A DNA stretch of 62,497 nucleotides, filler included, from Chiloscyllium plagiosum (taxonomy: Eukaryota): NCBI RefSeq assembly GCF_004010195.1. It is 5 parts of one record of this genome, joined end to end, with 100 filler letters (N's around TTAATTAATTAA, not from the genome) between each part and the next. Parts side by side here need not be neighbours in the genome. Positions count along the whole stretch, not along the records: positions 37,050 to 53,658 come from NC_057710.1; 4 more parts are not named here. One strand, given 5' to 3'. Every line of letters begins with the position of its first letter. Position 1 is the first letter of the stretch. A program made the translations under genes and the position numbers. Positions 37,917 to 52,081 of this stretch are shown here, piece by piece. The notes beneath the pieces were generated by a model. The model did not search any database, was not told the DNA's origin, and saw only the letters and a list, made by a program, of their open reading frames with translations.

Positions 37917-39092
37917 TACCATGACAGTCAGTCCAAACATTCATAGGCCTTTGAATCCAATTTAAGCACCAAGATCTGCTCTCCAGGAATTACGACAGCT
38001 GGCCCTGCTGAGGTATGCCAGATTGAGAACGTTCAGGTTAGAAGAAAAGAATGGAAACCCATTTTTCCAGTTCTCTGTTCTGTGTTATTTCAGAATCCCC
38101 TGAGTATCAGAAGCAGCTGGTTTAAATGCACTGCTGGAGCACAGAGAGGCAAGAAAACTGTCCCCCTCTAATTTTACTTGCCCAGGAAATTTAATCAATA
38201 TATTGTTGGACATGTTAAGGCTGGATCAACAACCAATGAAGTGCACAGAATCAGTGCGAAGCTAGAAATGTTGGCTATCTCGTAATATTACGTGAATACT
38301 TGTTGATCTGAAATTCCTTTACCTGCTATTCTAGCGGAGGCATTAACCTACTTAAGTTGAAACAGCAGTCAAAGGAATTTCAGGGAAACACATTGAGCTA
38401 TCAGGCCTCATTGGGTAAAGTCCAGAAATTATAAATAAAGTATTTGGAATTTAACTTCAGTTTTAATATATCAAAGACAACCTTTGCACTTCCTCCATTT
38501 ATTCAGCTTGCTCAAATGACTTTTTCTGTTGCATCACCAGAAACTTGAAATATTAAATTAGCCGTCAGATTAACAACAGAGGCCAGAATGCTCTCTCATA
38601 AAAATACATTTAGAGTTTCCTTGGAGCTTTTCCCACTCCACCTTTAGAACTTCAATGGAAGCTTAGCAAAACTCCTTTTCCACTTGAAGCTCATAATGTC
38701 ATAAAATCAGTGAGCCAATGCAAAACAAGGCCCATTTGATTTGTACCAGCCCACATTAGAACTCTCCGTATAATCCAGATTGTAACCCTTCACTCCTAAT
38801 CACCTGCTGCATAAAGAAGTATGCCCTTATGTCACCTTTTGACTCTTTTGAATGTCACTTAAATGAGTTTTTTCTTCTTCTGGAGCCTTCTGCAATGGAT
38901 ACAATTTCAGTCTATCTACTGTCTCCAGTCCTCTCATTGAGATAAAAGTCTCTTTCAAATTCCTATCAGCCTTCTTTTAGGAAAATAATAAACAATTCTG
39001 GATAACCCTTCAAACTAAAGTTCCTCATCCTGGGAACTATTCTTCAAACTCCTTTCTGCACCATCGTGAAAGCCATCATATTCTTCCAAAGG

Positions 39093-39385
39093 TAGTGTGC
39101 AATTCTGGTCTCCTTCCTATCGGAAAGATGTTGTGAAACTTGAAAGGGTTCTGAAAAGATTTACAAGGATGTTGCCAGGGTTGGAGGATTTGAGCTATAG
39201 GGAGAAGCTGAATAGGCCAGGGCTGTTTTCCCTGGAGTGTTGGAGGCTGAGGGGTGACCTTATAGAGGTTTATAAAATCATGAGGGGCATGGATAGGGTA
39301 AATAAGCAAAGTCTTTTCCCTGGGTTGGGGGAGTCCAGAACTAGAGGGCATAGGTACAGGGGGAGAGGGAAAAGATATAAAAGAG
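39093..39385 (+). mobile_element. CR1 3' fragment
   Basis: QFWSPSYRKDVVKLERV...RLRGDLIEVYKIM. Confidence 0.92.
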
Positions 39386-39697
39386 NNNNNNNNNNNNNNN
39401 NNNNNNNNNNNNNNNNNNNNNNNNNNNNNNNNNNNNNNNNNNNNNNNNNNNNNNNNNNNNNNNNNNNNNNNNNNNNNNNNNNNNNNNNNNNNNNNNNNNN
39501 NNNNNNNNNNNNNNNNNNNNNNNNNNNNNNNNNNNNNNNNNNNNNNNNNNNNNNNNNNNNNNNNNNNNNNNNNNNNNNNNNNNNNNNNNNNNNNNNNNNN
39601 NNNNNNNNNNNNNNNNNNNNNNNNNNNNNNNNNNNNNNNNNNNNNNNNNNNNNNNNNNNNNNNNNNNNNNNNNNNNNNNNNNNNNNNNNNNNNNNNN

Positions 39698-39971
39698 AGG
39701 CCCTTCGGCCCAACAAGTCCACACCGACCCGCCGAAGCGCAACCCACCCATACCCCTACATTTACCCCTTATCTAACACTACGGACAATTTAGCATGGCC
39801 AATTTACCTGACCTGCACATCTTTGGGAGGAAACCAGAGCATACGGAGGAAACCTACGCAGACACGGGGAGAATGTACAAACTCCACACAGTCAGTCACC
39901 AGAGGTGGGAATTGAACCCGGGTCTCTGGCGCTGTGAGGCAGCAGTGCTAACCACTGTGCCACCATGCCGT
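39698..39971 (-). mobile_element. HE1 V-SINE
   Basis: Reverse complement of head and V core. Confidence 0.9.
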
Positions 39972-39987
39972 CCACTCCCGCACCTTA

Positions 39988-40425
39988 CTAGTTTAAATCC
40001 TTCTGAGCAGTTCTCGCAAATTTCCCTGCCAGTATATTAGTCCCCTTCCAATTTAGGTGCAATCCGTCCTTCATGTAAAGGTCACTTCTACCCCAAAAGA
40101 GATTCCAATGATCCAAAAATGGGAATCCTTCTCCCATACACCAGCTCCTCAGCCATGCATTCATCTGCTCTATCCTCCTATTCCTGCCCTCACTAGCTTG
40201 TAGCACTTGGCGTAATCCAGATATTGCTACTCTCAAAGACCTCCTTTTTAAATTCCTGCCTAACTCTTTGCAATCTCCCTTCAGAATCTCATTCTTTTCC
40301 CTTCCTATCTCATTGGTTCCAATGTGGACAATGACCTCCTGCTGGCCCCTCTTCCCTGTGAGAACATTCTGCACCCTCTCTGAGACATCCTTGATCCTTG
40401 ACACTCTGAGGCACCAGGGAAGCAA
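39988..40425 (-). mobile_element. CR1 ORF1p esterase (SGNH) domain fragment
   Basis: VIVHIGTNEI, VAISGL, MNAWLRSWC, DGLHLN.KG. Confidence 0.9.
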
Positions 40426-41948
40426 CATGGAGGATAGTGAGATTTGTGTGGAGCATGCTAATATACAACATCATTCTGAGATCAAGAAAGAAGAGGTGTT
40501 GGGTCTCTAGAAGAGCATTGAGCTGGATAAGTCCCCAGGGCCTGATGGTATCTACCCCAGGTTATTCAGAGAGGCAAAAGAGGAAATTGCTGAGGACTTG
40601 ACCAAGATATTTGTATCATTCTTAGCCAGAGGACTGCCAAGTACTTAATGTTATCCCTCTATTCAAGAAGAGAAATGGGGAAAATCCAAGAACCTACAGA
40701 CCGGTGAATGTCAGATCAGTGGTTGGGAAGCCATTGGAGAGAATTCTTAGGGATAGGATTTACGTGCATTTAGAAAAGCATGGGCTAGTTAGGGACAGTC
40801 AGCATGGCTTTGTGCAAGGCAGATCTTGACTTGCTAACTTGATTGAATTTTTTGTGGAGGTGACAAAGATGATTGATGAGGGTAGAGCAACAGATGTTGT
40901 TTATATTGATTTTAGCAAGGCTTTCAACAAGATCCCTCATGGAAGGCTCATCCAGAAATTTAAGGTATATGGGATCCATGGTGATCTAGCCACATGGATT
41001 CAGAATTGGCCTGTCCATAGAAGGCAGAAGGGAATAGTGGAAGATTATAGAAGGAGGTTTCTAACTAATGGAGTTCTGCAGGGATCTGTACTAGGACCTC
41101 TGCTGTTTGTGATATATATATATATATATATATATATAAATGACTGGATGAAAATGTAGATGGGTGGATTAGTACGTTTGCAAAGATCGATGGAGTTGTG
41201 GATAGTGTAGAAGGTTGTTAAAGGATACAACGGGATATGGATCAATTGCAGATATGGGCGGAAAAATGGCAGGTGGAGTTTAATCCGGATAACTGTGAGA
41301 TGCTTCACTTTGGGAGATCAAATGTTCAGGAAAAGTATACAGTTACTGGCAGGACCCTGAACAGCATTAATGTACAGAGGGATCTTGGGGTTCAAGTTCA
41401 TAGACCCCTGAAAGTGGCCACCAAGTAGATAGGGTGTTAAAGAAGGTGTATGGCCTGCTTGTATTTATTACTCGGGGAATTGCGGAAAAGGGTTAGGATA
41501 TTGTGTTGCAGCTTTCTAACACTTTGGTTAGGCCACACTTCACAGTGTTCATTCCATTCTGGTCACCACATTACAGGAAAGATGTGGAGGCTTTGGACAG
41601 GGGGGCAGAAGAGATTTAGCAGGATGCTGCCTGGATTAGAGGGTATGAGCTATACGGAGAGGCTAGAAACACTCAGGTTGTTTTCCTTGGAGCAGCAGAG
41701 GTTGAGGGGAGACTTGATAGAAGTCTATTAAATTATGAGGTGGATAGATAGGGTAAATGCTCATTCCACACTCAAACCACTCTCTGTGTAAAAAATCTTG
41801 CCCCTCACATCTCCTTTGAATTCTCCCCCTCGCACCTTAAATGCATGCCACCCCCCCCTCCCAGTTTTAGACACTTCATCTTTGGGAAAAAGATTATGAG
41901 CATTAACCCTATCTATGCATCTCATAATTTGAAAGACTTCTATCAAGT
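40423..41948 (+). mobile_element. CR1 ORF2 (RT) with an inverted 3' segment (41765-41948)
   Basis: [31 protein letters not shown]. Confidence 0.9.
41112..41138. repeat. (AT)n microsatellite inside CR1 RT
   Basis: Expansion of the ATATATA of the IYIND codons. Confidence 0.9.
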
Positions 41949-42959
41949 GTGTTTTGCTTGAAATCCAGTTGTTTGACCAATCAAATTGCATTTGGAATGC
42001 AACACTTTACATTTGCCTTTAAAATAAGGAAAATCAAGGATCTTGACTATCTTCAGAGTATTTGGGGGGTGGGGGGGGGGGGGGGGGTTGGAGGGGGTGG
42101 TTGGTCTTGTCCATAACAATATGTACGATGTTGTTGATCTGAAAAGAATCAAGGCCTGGTAGAGAATTCAGATGCCTCATTCCCATCGCCTTGTCATGAC
42201 TGCTCATGGATGCGGCAATGGTTTGCAGGTCTGTGTGCATCTCTAGCATCACCAACTGGTTGTCTGGATCATGCAATCCATGCCAATCACCAGGTTCTAG
42301 ATGGAGGAAGCTAAGAACATACTCAACAGAGTAACAATGAGTTCTAGATGGACTCAAGCAGTAACTGCACAAGGCTACGTGTAGTCTTTGGCCATATCAT
42401 GAAATGTTCCCTGACCTCGCTGTAGTTGCAGAAGATGTTGATGACAATGACTCTTACAGTCTGGAGTTCAACAGTGGCATCGCCTTCCACACTCCTCCAG
42501 CTGTCAGTAGCATCATCTGTTATAGGCCTTATCACCAGTTTGTGATCTGAAGTTAATCAATTGCACGCACACTAACATCAGAGAATTAGTGGCGGTGGAG
42601 GGGTGTGAAAGTGTTGGTGGGAATGGTTGTGGGTGTGGAATGATGTGACACTACACCCATCTGAAGTTCCAGTCTTCCCCACAGAGTTGGCTGACTCTCC
42701 CCTAATCTCTCAAGCTCTACATCATTTAGAATGACCCTGATTTGTACGAGGAAACATGAGTCTGAAACAAGCCAAAAGCCATGAATCTTTCCTCATCTCA
42801 ACCACGTTGGATGTGAGGCTCCTTGTGCTCACTGTAGGGCACATGACCCTGGGAGGCAGATGCCCTGTGCCTCTGACTCGTTCACTCACTCCCCTTGTTA
42901 TAACCCTGTTATTTCACCATGTACACTCACATGTCAACTCTGAGACCCCCACCTAAGGG

Positions 42960-43105
42960 TACGAGGAGGTGATGACAGCATGGCTGCTGATCTCCCATGC
43001 AACATCCAACGTCTTGTTTGTGTAAGCTGGCCAGTCTCTTCTTGCCCTGCCAGCCTGTAGGAGAAGCTGCGTTGAGGCATCCCTGAACCTTTGGGCCACC
43101 CAGGA
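42960..43105 (-). mobile_element. Harbinger Myb/SANT-like accessory ORF relic
   Basis: Reads approximately RFRDASTQLLLQAGRARR...VAWEISSHAV. Confidence 0.45.
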
Positions 43106-43419
43106 CCATCCTTCCACGGTTGCTGCAGGTTCTCATTGAGCTCCTTGGGGTGTTAGCTGAGTCAGGCAGCAGGAGGAATCTTCAGGCCTGTAAGATAGGC
43201 CATGAGTTTTCTGAACATTTCGGCAAGTGGAGAGTCTTCAGACTGGTCAGGTAGCAATCTTTTAAGCAGGTAGCAGTGAAAGTAGGGATACCAACCTTTA
43301 AGATATGGTTCCATTAACTGCTTAGGCATTAACTGATGTCACCATTGAGTTTCAGTTCCCATCTCTGCTGTTTATTAGGTCAGGAGCCATACTTCTCTGA
43401 GTCATTAGGTTGTCACTTC

Positions 43420-44280
43420 GACTCATAGAGATTTACAGCACGGAAACAGATCCTTCAGTCCAACTTGTCTATTCTGAGCAGATATCCTAACCTAATCTAG
43501 TCCCATTTTCCAGTACTTGGCCCATATCGCTCTAAAACCTTCCTATTTATGTACCCATCTAGATGCCTTTTAAATGTTGTAATCGTACCAGCCTCCACCA
43601 TTTCTTCTGGCAGCTCATTTCATACACGCACCACCCTCTGCGTGAAAACGTTGCTCCTTAGGACTCTTTTATATCTTTCCCCTCTCACCCTAAACCTACG
43701 CTCTCTAGTTCTGGACTCCCCCACGCTAAGAAAAAGACTTTTATCCTGTTCATGTCTCTCATGATTTTATAAACCTCTGTAAGGACACCTCTCAGCCTCC
43801 GACGCTCAAGGGAAAACAGCCCCAGTCTATTCAGCCTCTCCCTATAGTTCAACCCTCCAACCCTGGCAACATCCTTGTAAATCTTTTCTGAACCCTTTCA
43901 AGTTTCACAACATCCTTCTTATAGCAGGGAGACAAGAATTGCACACAGTACCCCAAAAGTGGCCTAACCAATGTCCTGTGCACTGGCAACATGACCTCTC
44001 AACTCCTATACTCAATACTCTGACCAATAAAGGAAAGTGTACCAAACGCCTTCTTCACTATCCTATCTATCTGAGACTCCACTTTCTAAGGAACTATGAA
44101 TCTGCACTCCAAGGTCTCTTTGTTCAGTAATACTTTCCAGGACCTTGCCATTAAGTGTATATGTCCTGCTCTGATTTGTCTTTCCAAAATGCAGCACCAC
44201 GCATTTATCGAAATTAAACTCCGTCTGCTACTCCTCGGCCTATTGGCCCATCTGATCAAGATCCCATTGTAATCTGAGGT
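43420..44280 (-). mobile_element. CR1/HER1 3' fragment
   Basis: Reverse complement of RT C-terminus and tail. Confidence 0.9.
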
Positions 44281-45449
44281 GGCATTTGTTGGCTGCCCAG
44301 GTGGAAGAAGTAACTATTTCCAGTGTCATTGCCAGAGCTCAGCACATCACTTCTGAAGATGTTCCTAATGAGGTGAAACTGACTGGGTTGGAGTTGCTGG
44401 GTAATCCTTAGACACATTTCGAACAAGAGTGAAAAGTTTGCATTTACCTAATCATCTAATTCCACCCTTGTATCGAAGAAGGATTGGAAGATTCTAGCTG
44501 GTACTTCCTTAGGTCTCTCACTCACCTTGATGGTGAGTTTGAATTGAACCTTAAATAGAAATTCCCTTACTAAGATGGCCACCATATCAATTTTTAGCCC
44601 TTGAAGTCCCTTAATGAATTTCCTCTTCCTTTTCACCATGAGTTTGGCAGCATCTTCTTCCTTGGTAAAATGAGTAGCAAAATATTCATTTAATAGTTCA
44701 GTTATGCACAGTTTCCCTTTTATCATCCCTAATCATCCTACCCCTCTTTTTACTGTTGTTTTACTATTTATATACTTGTAAAACCTTTCTGATTTCTGTC
44801 TATGTCTATTCTCATTAGAGTCACATTGCCTAATCTATTTATGTTTTGCCTGGTATGTGGTCTTGTACTCACTTGCATTTTCATGCTGACATTTGGCATA
44901 TGATTTATTTTAATTCATTTGATTGTCTATCCCTTTTGTCATCCGGGGAGATCTGGCTTTGAATGCCCAACGTTCCTGTCAGAGGAATATTCCTCAACTG
45001 TACATGAATCACCTCCTCTGTTTTAATAGCCCATATTTTGTTTACAGTTTATCTGGCAATCTTTGGTTCCAATTTACCTGAGCCAGATATGCATTCACCC
45101 ACTGAAGGTTTCCTTTCTCAGGCTAAGTATTTTTACACTAGATTTCTCTTTGTGTTATGGTAAATGAGGTTGGATTGCTCGGAATTAAATAATGGCCTTT
45201 GCTACAGCACTTGAAGAACCATCATTTCAATGAATTCTGCTGCTTTGGAGTTCATTGTGAACCAAACAGCACACAGCATATAGGGTTATTGTTTCTGTAA
45301 CTTTCTTTCTATTTATGATCTTTATCCTCCCAAGAATTATCCCATCACATGAACCTTCTCTATCACAGCAGATACATAGAAACCTGTTCACTGTCACATT
45401 CAATGCTGCGACCTTGGTCCTTCAGTGAAATTGGGGTGTGTCTTTGTTT

Positions 45450-45690
45450 TAATTCATTCACAGGATATCACTGTCGCTAGCTAACCCAACATTTATTGTC
45501 CATCCCTAATTGTGCAGAGGGAGGTGAAGAGTCGACTATATTGCCGTGGGTCTGGAGTCACTATTCGGTCAGACCAGGCTGTTTCTTTCTCTAAAAGACA
45601 ATAGTGACCCGAATGTATTTTCCTGACAATCATAAATGATTATTTAGTCATCATTAGAGAATCGATTGCAGATTTTTACATTATTCAAGA
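45450..45690 (-). mobile_element. Second SINE family (Deu/SacSINE-like), diverged
   Basis: Homologous to 50370-50710. Confidence 0.6.
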
Positions 45691-46139
45691 CATGTTCAGT
45701 TCCCTTTTGACTATATCTAACGAATTGGCCCCAACACCTTCTTGTGGGAGAGAATTCCATAAGTTCAAGACATCTGGTCAACACAGACTGTGCCCCTGAT
45801 TCCCACCAATCCTCTCATCCCAAAGTCAATAAGCATATTTTTAATGAATGAAAGACATAAATGTAATTTATCCTCCAAACAAGAAACAGCTGAAATATAT
45901 AAGTAGAAAATTGGTTTGGTATAAACTTGGGTGGAGATATATCTGTCCCCAGATTTCCAGAGGGAGGGTGTGAAATTGGAAGATTAGTAAAAGATTTCCA
46001 ACAACAGCTTTAGGTGATTTGTCCTCTGATTTTCCTTCTCTCTTGTTGGAGGAGTGTCTCTGCCTTATCCCTTTAGCTTGTCACAGCGTAAATCAGACAC
46101 TCACAGCCAGGGAAATCAGTTGTGACAATTCCCTTTTTT

Positions 46140-46530
46140 TTAAAATTTTCCAAGTATTTGCCTACTTAGCCAGTCAGTCCAAGTCACCCTGCATCCTCCT
46201 AGCATCCCCCTCACAGCACACACTGCCACGCAGCTTAGTGTCATCTGCAAATTTGGAGATATTGCATTCAATTCCTTCATCCAAATCAATAATGTATATT
46301 GTGAACAGCTGAGGTCCCAGCACTGAACCCTGTGGCACCCACTCATTTCTGCCTGCCATTCTGAAAAGGACCTATTTATTCCAACTCTCTGGTTCCTGTC
46401 TGCCAACCAGTTCTTTATCCATTACCTCCAATACAATGAGCTTTATTTTTTATTTCCAATCTCTTGTGTGGAACCTTGTCAAAAACCTTTTGAAAGTCCA
46501 GACACACAACATCTACTGATTCACCCTTGA
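46140..46530 (-). mobile_element. CR1 RT fragment
   Basis: [24 protein letters not shown]. Confidence 0.9.
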
Positions 46531-47999
46531 CATCTACTAATTTGCCCTTAACATCTACTGATTCACTTTTGTGTTTGATTGTTTTGTTTAGTTAAGCTGG
46601 AATTATCATTTAGTTGTCCTGTGATCCAGATTTGTAAAATTTCTTAAATAATAAATGGTGGTCTATCTTTATTAAATGTTTCTAAGATTATATTTTGCTA
46701 ATAGTTTTAGAGCTGCTTATTTTGGCAACCCGGTATTATTTCATTGAAATATTTGTATGAAAACCAATGTTTCCATAAGAAGGGGTCAGTTAGCTCAGTT
46801 GGCTACAGAGCAGTGCAGAATAATGCCAACAGCACGGGATCTATTCCTGTAACTGGTGGAGGTAGCTCTTAGGAATTGCCTTTTGCCTTTCCCATGATAT
46901 CATGGCGTGACCTATGATTAATAACTTTTCGATTCCAAGGAGGCTACAGGGAGAAAGAATTCTTATGGCCAACATTATAATTTATTTTGGCTTAACGTTC
47001 CAAACTCTCTCTTGCCTGTCTAAAGACATGGTTTGCTTTTATGCTGTTTTTCTGCTGAATGTTCTATTCTTCTCCGTGCAACCCTGACCTACCTTCTCCA
47101 GCTATTGTTCATCACTAAATCCAGTGATTCATTGCAATTCCTGTCTTCACATACTTGGGCTAAGCTGCCACTTATCTTGGGTCTATACTGTTCAATTTAA
47201 AGCTGATGGATAATTTATGGTATCAACTGTTGATCACATTTCTTCTTCAATTTACTTCAGAATACCAATGCCTAAAGCGAATAACAGGCATTTTATATTT
47301 TTTTTTTTGCTTGATACGTAATCGAGTGAGTTAGAGCCATTGTAGATTTATGTGTCGTATTTATTTTTGAAGAAAAGGAATTAATGCATTTACCAAGAGA
47401 AGACCTTCTCAGTTGCTACTCAATCAATGCAAACATCCAACAAGGTCCCAAGCTTAACTGATTCAAGTAAAAACATTATATTCTTAAAAGTACCAATCAT
47501 TCCTACCCAGGCTTCACAGATCACAATTATAAAATATATTAATCAAATATTAGAAGATCTCCAATGATTCTGCTCCTGGGCAAAGTGGAACCTCAAAGGA
47601 GCTGATACGATTTTCCATTAATTAACTTTGAACACTTTGTTTAAAAGTATGAAACTGTACAAGTGTTTTCATTTAAATTTTATGAAAAAAAATCATAAAG
47701 ACATGTCCAATTTCCAGTTCTACACATGTTTGCTGTAGCTTCCAAATGGAGAATCACAGAATCCCTACAGTGCAAAAAGAGGCTGTTTGGCCCATCAAAT
47801 CTGCACCAACCCTCCATAGAGCATCCCATCCAGACCCACACAATAGAAACAAGATCTATGATATTTGACTATTTCTTTCACAGTAGACATGAAGTCAAGG
47901 GTCAATTTCACGAATCTAAATGGTCCAGTTTGATGTAATATACAAACTTTATCTACATATAGAGTTGAACCTGAAGGTGCAGCAGCCATTTGAATTAGA

Positions 48000-48385
48000 A
48001 TCCTAGATCATGGAAACAGGCCTTTTGGCCCACCATGTCTATGCTGACCAACAAAAACCAAGCTACATTAATTCCATTTACCTACATTTGGTCCATAGCC
48101 TACCATGTACTGAAATTTAAGTACTCATCCAGGAACTTTTTTAAATGTTGTGAGAGTATCTGCCTCCACCACCCTTTCAGGCAGTATGTCCCATGTTTCA
48201 CTGGATGAAAAAAAATCTTCCTCAGATCTCCTCTAAACCACTTGTTCCTCACCAAAAACTTCAGCCTTCTAGTCTCAGACATGTCTGCCATGGGGGAGAG
48301 ATTCTCACAATCTACTCTGTCCATATTTTTCATAATTGTGTACATCTCAATCTAATCCTCTTCAGCTTCCTCCTCTCCAATGAAA
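48000..48385 (-). mobile_element. CR1 3' end
   Basis: YTIMKNMDRVD and tail. Confidence 0.8.
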
Positions 48386-49547
48386 GTAAACACGTGACAT
48401 TTAATGAACACAATATATATATATATATCTGTCTGTGTCATGTATCTGAAAGAAAAGTGGTCATTAAATTCAAATACAAGAATCTTCTGCCATTGCTATT
48501 TTTTATTCTTTTGCAGGATATAAATGCTGATGGCATTTATTATTTTAGTCACCAGAAGAAGGTGGTGACAATGTTCTTGGACTGTTGGTTTGATATAATT
48601 GATATAACAGCTAATCTATGCTCTAAGAGGCAGGTAGATAACCCAAACAGAATTGGCCATCAATAAGCAGCCCAAAAAAGCTCACACACTGGGACCTTGT
48701 ATCAGGTCCAGTCCAATTTAATGCAACAGATACAACTAAATTGTACATAGCTGTTAGGTGCATTAGTCAGAGGGGGAGTGGGTTAGTCTCCAGAGGGTCG
48801 GTGTGGGCTGAAGGGCCCGTTTCCACACTGTAGGGAATCTAGTCTAATCAAAAACTATTTGGTATATTCCATCTATTGAGGAATATTGTAAAGTTTTTGC
48901 TACATTGCATCTATCCTACATTAACGTCTTTATTCATTTGCTAATTTGAGATTCCACAAATCTGTTTGCCAGATTCTGACACAAAGTACAGTTTAATAGT
49001 ATTTCTTCAATTTCCCTCCCAAATTGTGAAAAATGACATGAGAATTTGCGCTTTGAGGAATAAGCTGAACAAACATAATCTGTGTTTTTAATTTTAATGT
49101 TCATTAATCAAGCTTAGGGGACTAAGAAAAGTATTATAGAATGCAATTGTTTGAATTTTCTTTAGAGCAATTTTATAGATGGACGGGCAGGTTACCCAAT
49201 CTGTACCCTGATATTTTTCAAATTTTTATACAATGCCAGAGATTGCAAATTCTCTCCAGCTATCTAAAAATGGTTGTTTCCCTATTTCTGGCTTGATATT
49301 AACTTTGAATATATTATCTTAGGTCATCCGGTACATGAGGATTGGGGAGAATGCAGATCAGAAGACTTCCTCCTTGGTCTGTCGTTCGGTCTGGTTTAAG
49401 ACTGCCATCTACTGATTTAGGGTTAATAGAATTGGCTCAACAAACTGATTGCTATCTTACTCTTTGGCCTTGTATTCACAGGTGTTCTTGGTGAGGGATC
49501 ACACAATATCCAACTGCACACTGAAAATATTCTCTAACCAACCAGCA

Positions 49548-49897
49548 GATAATGAGGAATATAGATAGAGTTAATGGTAGTTGTCTTTTCCCTAGAATGG
49601 AGAATTTCAAGACTCGGTGGGGCATACTTAAGGTAAGATGAGAGACATTTAGAAAAAACATGAAGGGCAAACGTTTTACACAGAGGGTGGTCCGTTTGTG
49701 GAATAAGCATCCAGAGGAAGTGATGGATGGAGGTGCAATTATAATGTTTAAAAGATATTTGGATAAATACATGAAGGTTGTAGGGATATGGGCCAGATAC
49801 AGGCAGGTGGGACTAGTTTAGTTTGGGGTTATGTTCGGTATGAGCTGGTTAGACCGAAATGTCTGTTTCCATGCTGTATGATTCAATGACTCAATGA
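49548..49897 (+). mobile_element. CR1 3' end
   Basis: FTQRVVRLWN; tail with (CAATGACT) repeats. Confidence 0.85.
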
Positions 49898-50369
49898 CGC
49901 AGTAAAGGGTTCCAGTATAACATTGTAATTTAACATATCTTAGTATTGCTGAAGAAAGATATGTGTTGAGAAAGTTTTTCATTATGCTTTCATCAGGATA
50001 GTGTCTCCAGAAAACTAAATATCAAAGGGGACAACAATTTATAATGCATGAGAAAGAGGATGGTGATGGCTGTATGATCTATAAATTTCACTGCAGATCC
50101 TTAGAAGGCAACTTCCAAAATCATAGATGGATAAGGACAACAGATACCTGGAAACACCACCACCTACAACTTCCCCTCCAACTTTAGAAATTTATCACAC
50201 TTCCTTCAGTGTTATTGAGTCAAAGTCCTGGAATTTCTTGCCTAGAAGTATTTTGGACTGCAACAATTCAAGAAGGCAGTCTATCATCACATTTTCATGG
50301 GCATATAGGAATAAGCAAAAAATGCAGACCAGTGAGTTACTCATCACTTGAGAATTTTTAAAACTTCTT

Positions 50370-50710
50370 TCATGGGATGTGGGCATCGCTGGCTAGGCCA
50401 GTATTCATTGCCTAACCCTAATCGCTCAGAGGGCAGTTGAGAGCCAACCACATTGCTGTGGGTCTGGAATCTCATATAGGCCAGACCAGGTGAGGATGGC
50501 AGATTGTATTCCCCGAGGGACATTAGTGAACCAGATAGGTTTTTCTGACAATCAATGATGGTTTCACAGTCATCGTTGATTCCTAACTCCAGATACTTTT
50601 TTCACTGAATTCAAATTCCACAATCTACCTTGGTGGGATTCGAGCACAGGTGCTGGAACATTAGCTGAATCTCTGGATTAACAGTCTACCGATATTACCA
50701 GTAGCCATTG
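50370..50710 (-). mobile_element. tRNA-derived SINE (Deu/SacSINE-like)
   Basis: Minus-strand B-box-like CTCGAATCCC; tail shared with LINE-tail fragments at ~28290, ~33970 and ~53065. Confidence 0.65.
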
Positions 50711-50912
50711 GCTCGTCCCATGAGTGAATAGAAAACAAAAACACTCACATCTTTTAAGGTGTAAGAGGAGGCTGTGCACAACAAATGTAGGCAGCTGTCC
50801 TTGAGGACATTCCCACAGAAAACATTCAGGATCACAGTTTGTTACTGCCTTAAGAAACTCCTTAAATCTCATGTCTTCTTCATCCTGGAATCTGGCATGA
50901 AGGTGCAAGCTG

Positions 50913-52081
50913 AGAGTGTATTGCTGCAAAAGCATCCGAGGAGCAGGAGAGTCGACATTTCAGGCGAGAGCCCTTCATCAGGAATGGGGCTTGTGGGTCA
51001 GGGGGCTGAGAGATAAATGGGAGGGATGTAGGACTGGGGGGGGAGGTAGCTGGGAATGCAATAGATAGATGAAGTGGGGGAGAAGGTGATCAGAGAGGAG
51101 GGTGGAGTGGATATGTGGGAACGACGATGGACAAGTCAAGAGGATGATGCCAAGTTAGAGGCTTGGGAATGGGATAAAGTAGGGGGAGGGGAAATGAGGA
51201 AACTGATGAAATCCAAATTAATCCCGTGTGGTTGCAGGATCCCAAGGCGGAATATGAGGCATTCTTCCTCCAAGCGTTGGGTGGTAAGGGTTTGGCAATT
51301 GAGGAGGCCCGGACCTGTATGCCCTTGACAGAGTGGGAGGGGGAGTTGAAGTGTTCAGTCATAGGGTGGTGGGGTTAGTTGGTGTGGGTGTCCCAGAGAT
51401 GTTCTCTGAAATGATCAAGTCGGTGTCCGATGCAGAGACCACATCAGGTGCAATGGATACAGTAGATGACATTGGTGGAGGTACAGGTAAATTTCTGTTG
51501 AATGTGGAAGGGTCCTTTGGGGCCTTAGATGGAGGTGAGAGAGTAGGTGTGGCTGCAGGGCGCATTTCAACTCCCCCTCCTGCTCCACCAAGGACATGCA
51601 GGTCCTGGGCCTGCTCCAACACCAAACCCAAACCACCTGATGCCTGGAGGAAGAACACCTCATCTTCCACCTTGGGACCCTCCAACCACACGGGACCAAT
51701 GTTGATTTCACCAGTTTCTTCATTTCCCCTCAACCCACCTTATCCCAGTCCCAAACCTCCAACTCGGTACTGTCCTCTTGACCTGTCCACTGTCTTTCCC
51801 ATCTGTCCGCTCCACCCTCCTCTCTGACCTATCACCTTCTCCTCCACCTTCATCAACCTATTGCATTCTCAGTTACCTTCCCCCCAACCCCACACTTCCC
51901 CCACCCCTCCCAACCTCTTTTATCTCTCAGCTCCCCCCAGCCCACAAGCCTCATTCCCGATGAAGGGCTTATGCCTGAAACGTCGATTCTCCTGCTGTTT
52001 GGATGCTGCCTGACCTGCTGTGCTTTACCAGCAACACACTTTCGACTCTGATCTGCAGCATCTGCAGTCCTCACTTTCTCC
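50913..52081. mobile_element. Large inverted (two-armed) Penelope insertion with GIY-YIG fragments
   Basis: 15-bp TSD tgaaggtgcaagctg (50898-50912 / 52082-52096); orientation switch near 51560; family-B termini on both sides. Confidence 0.9.

Noticed and set aside
50749..50890. Possible minus-strand exon with GTGAGT donor
   Set aside because: With a frameshift it reads EEDMR...KAV...DP...GNVLKDSC, more like an old LINE RT fragment.
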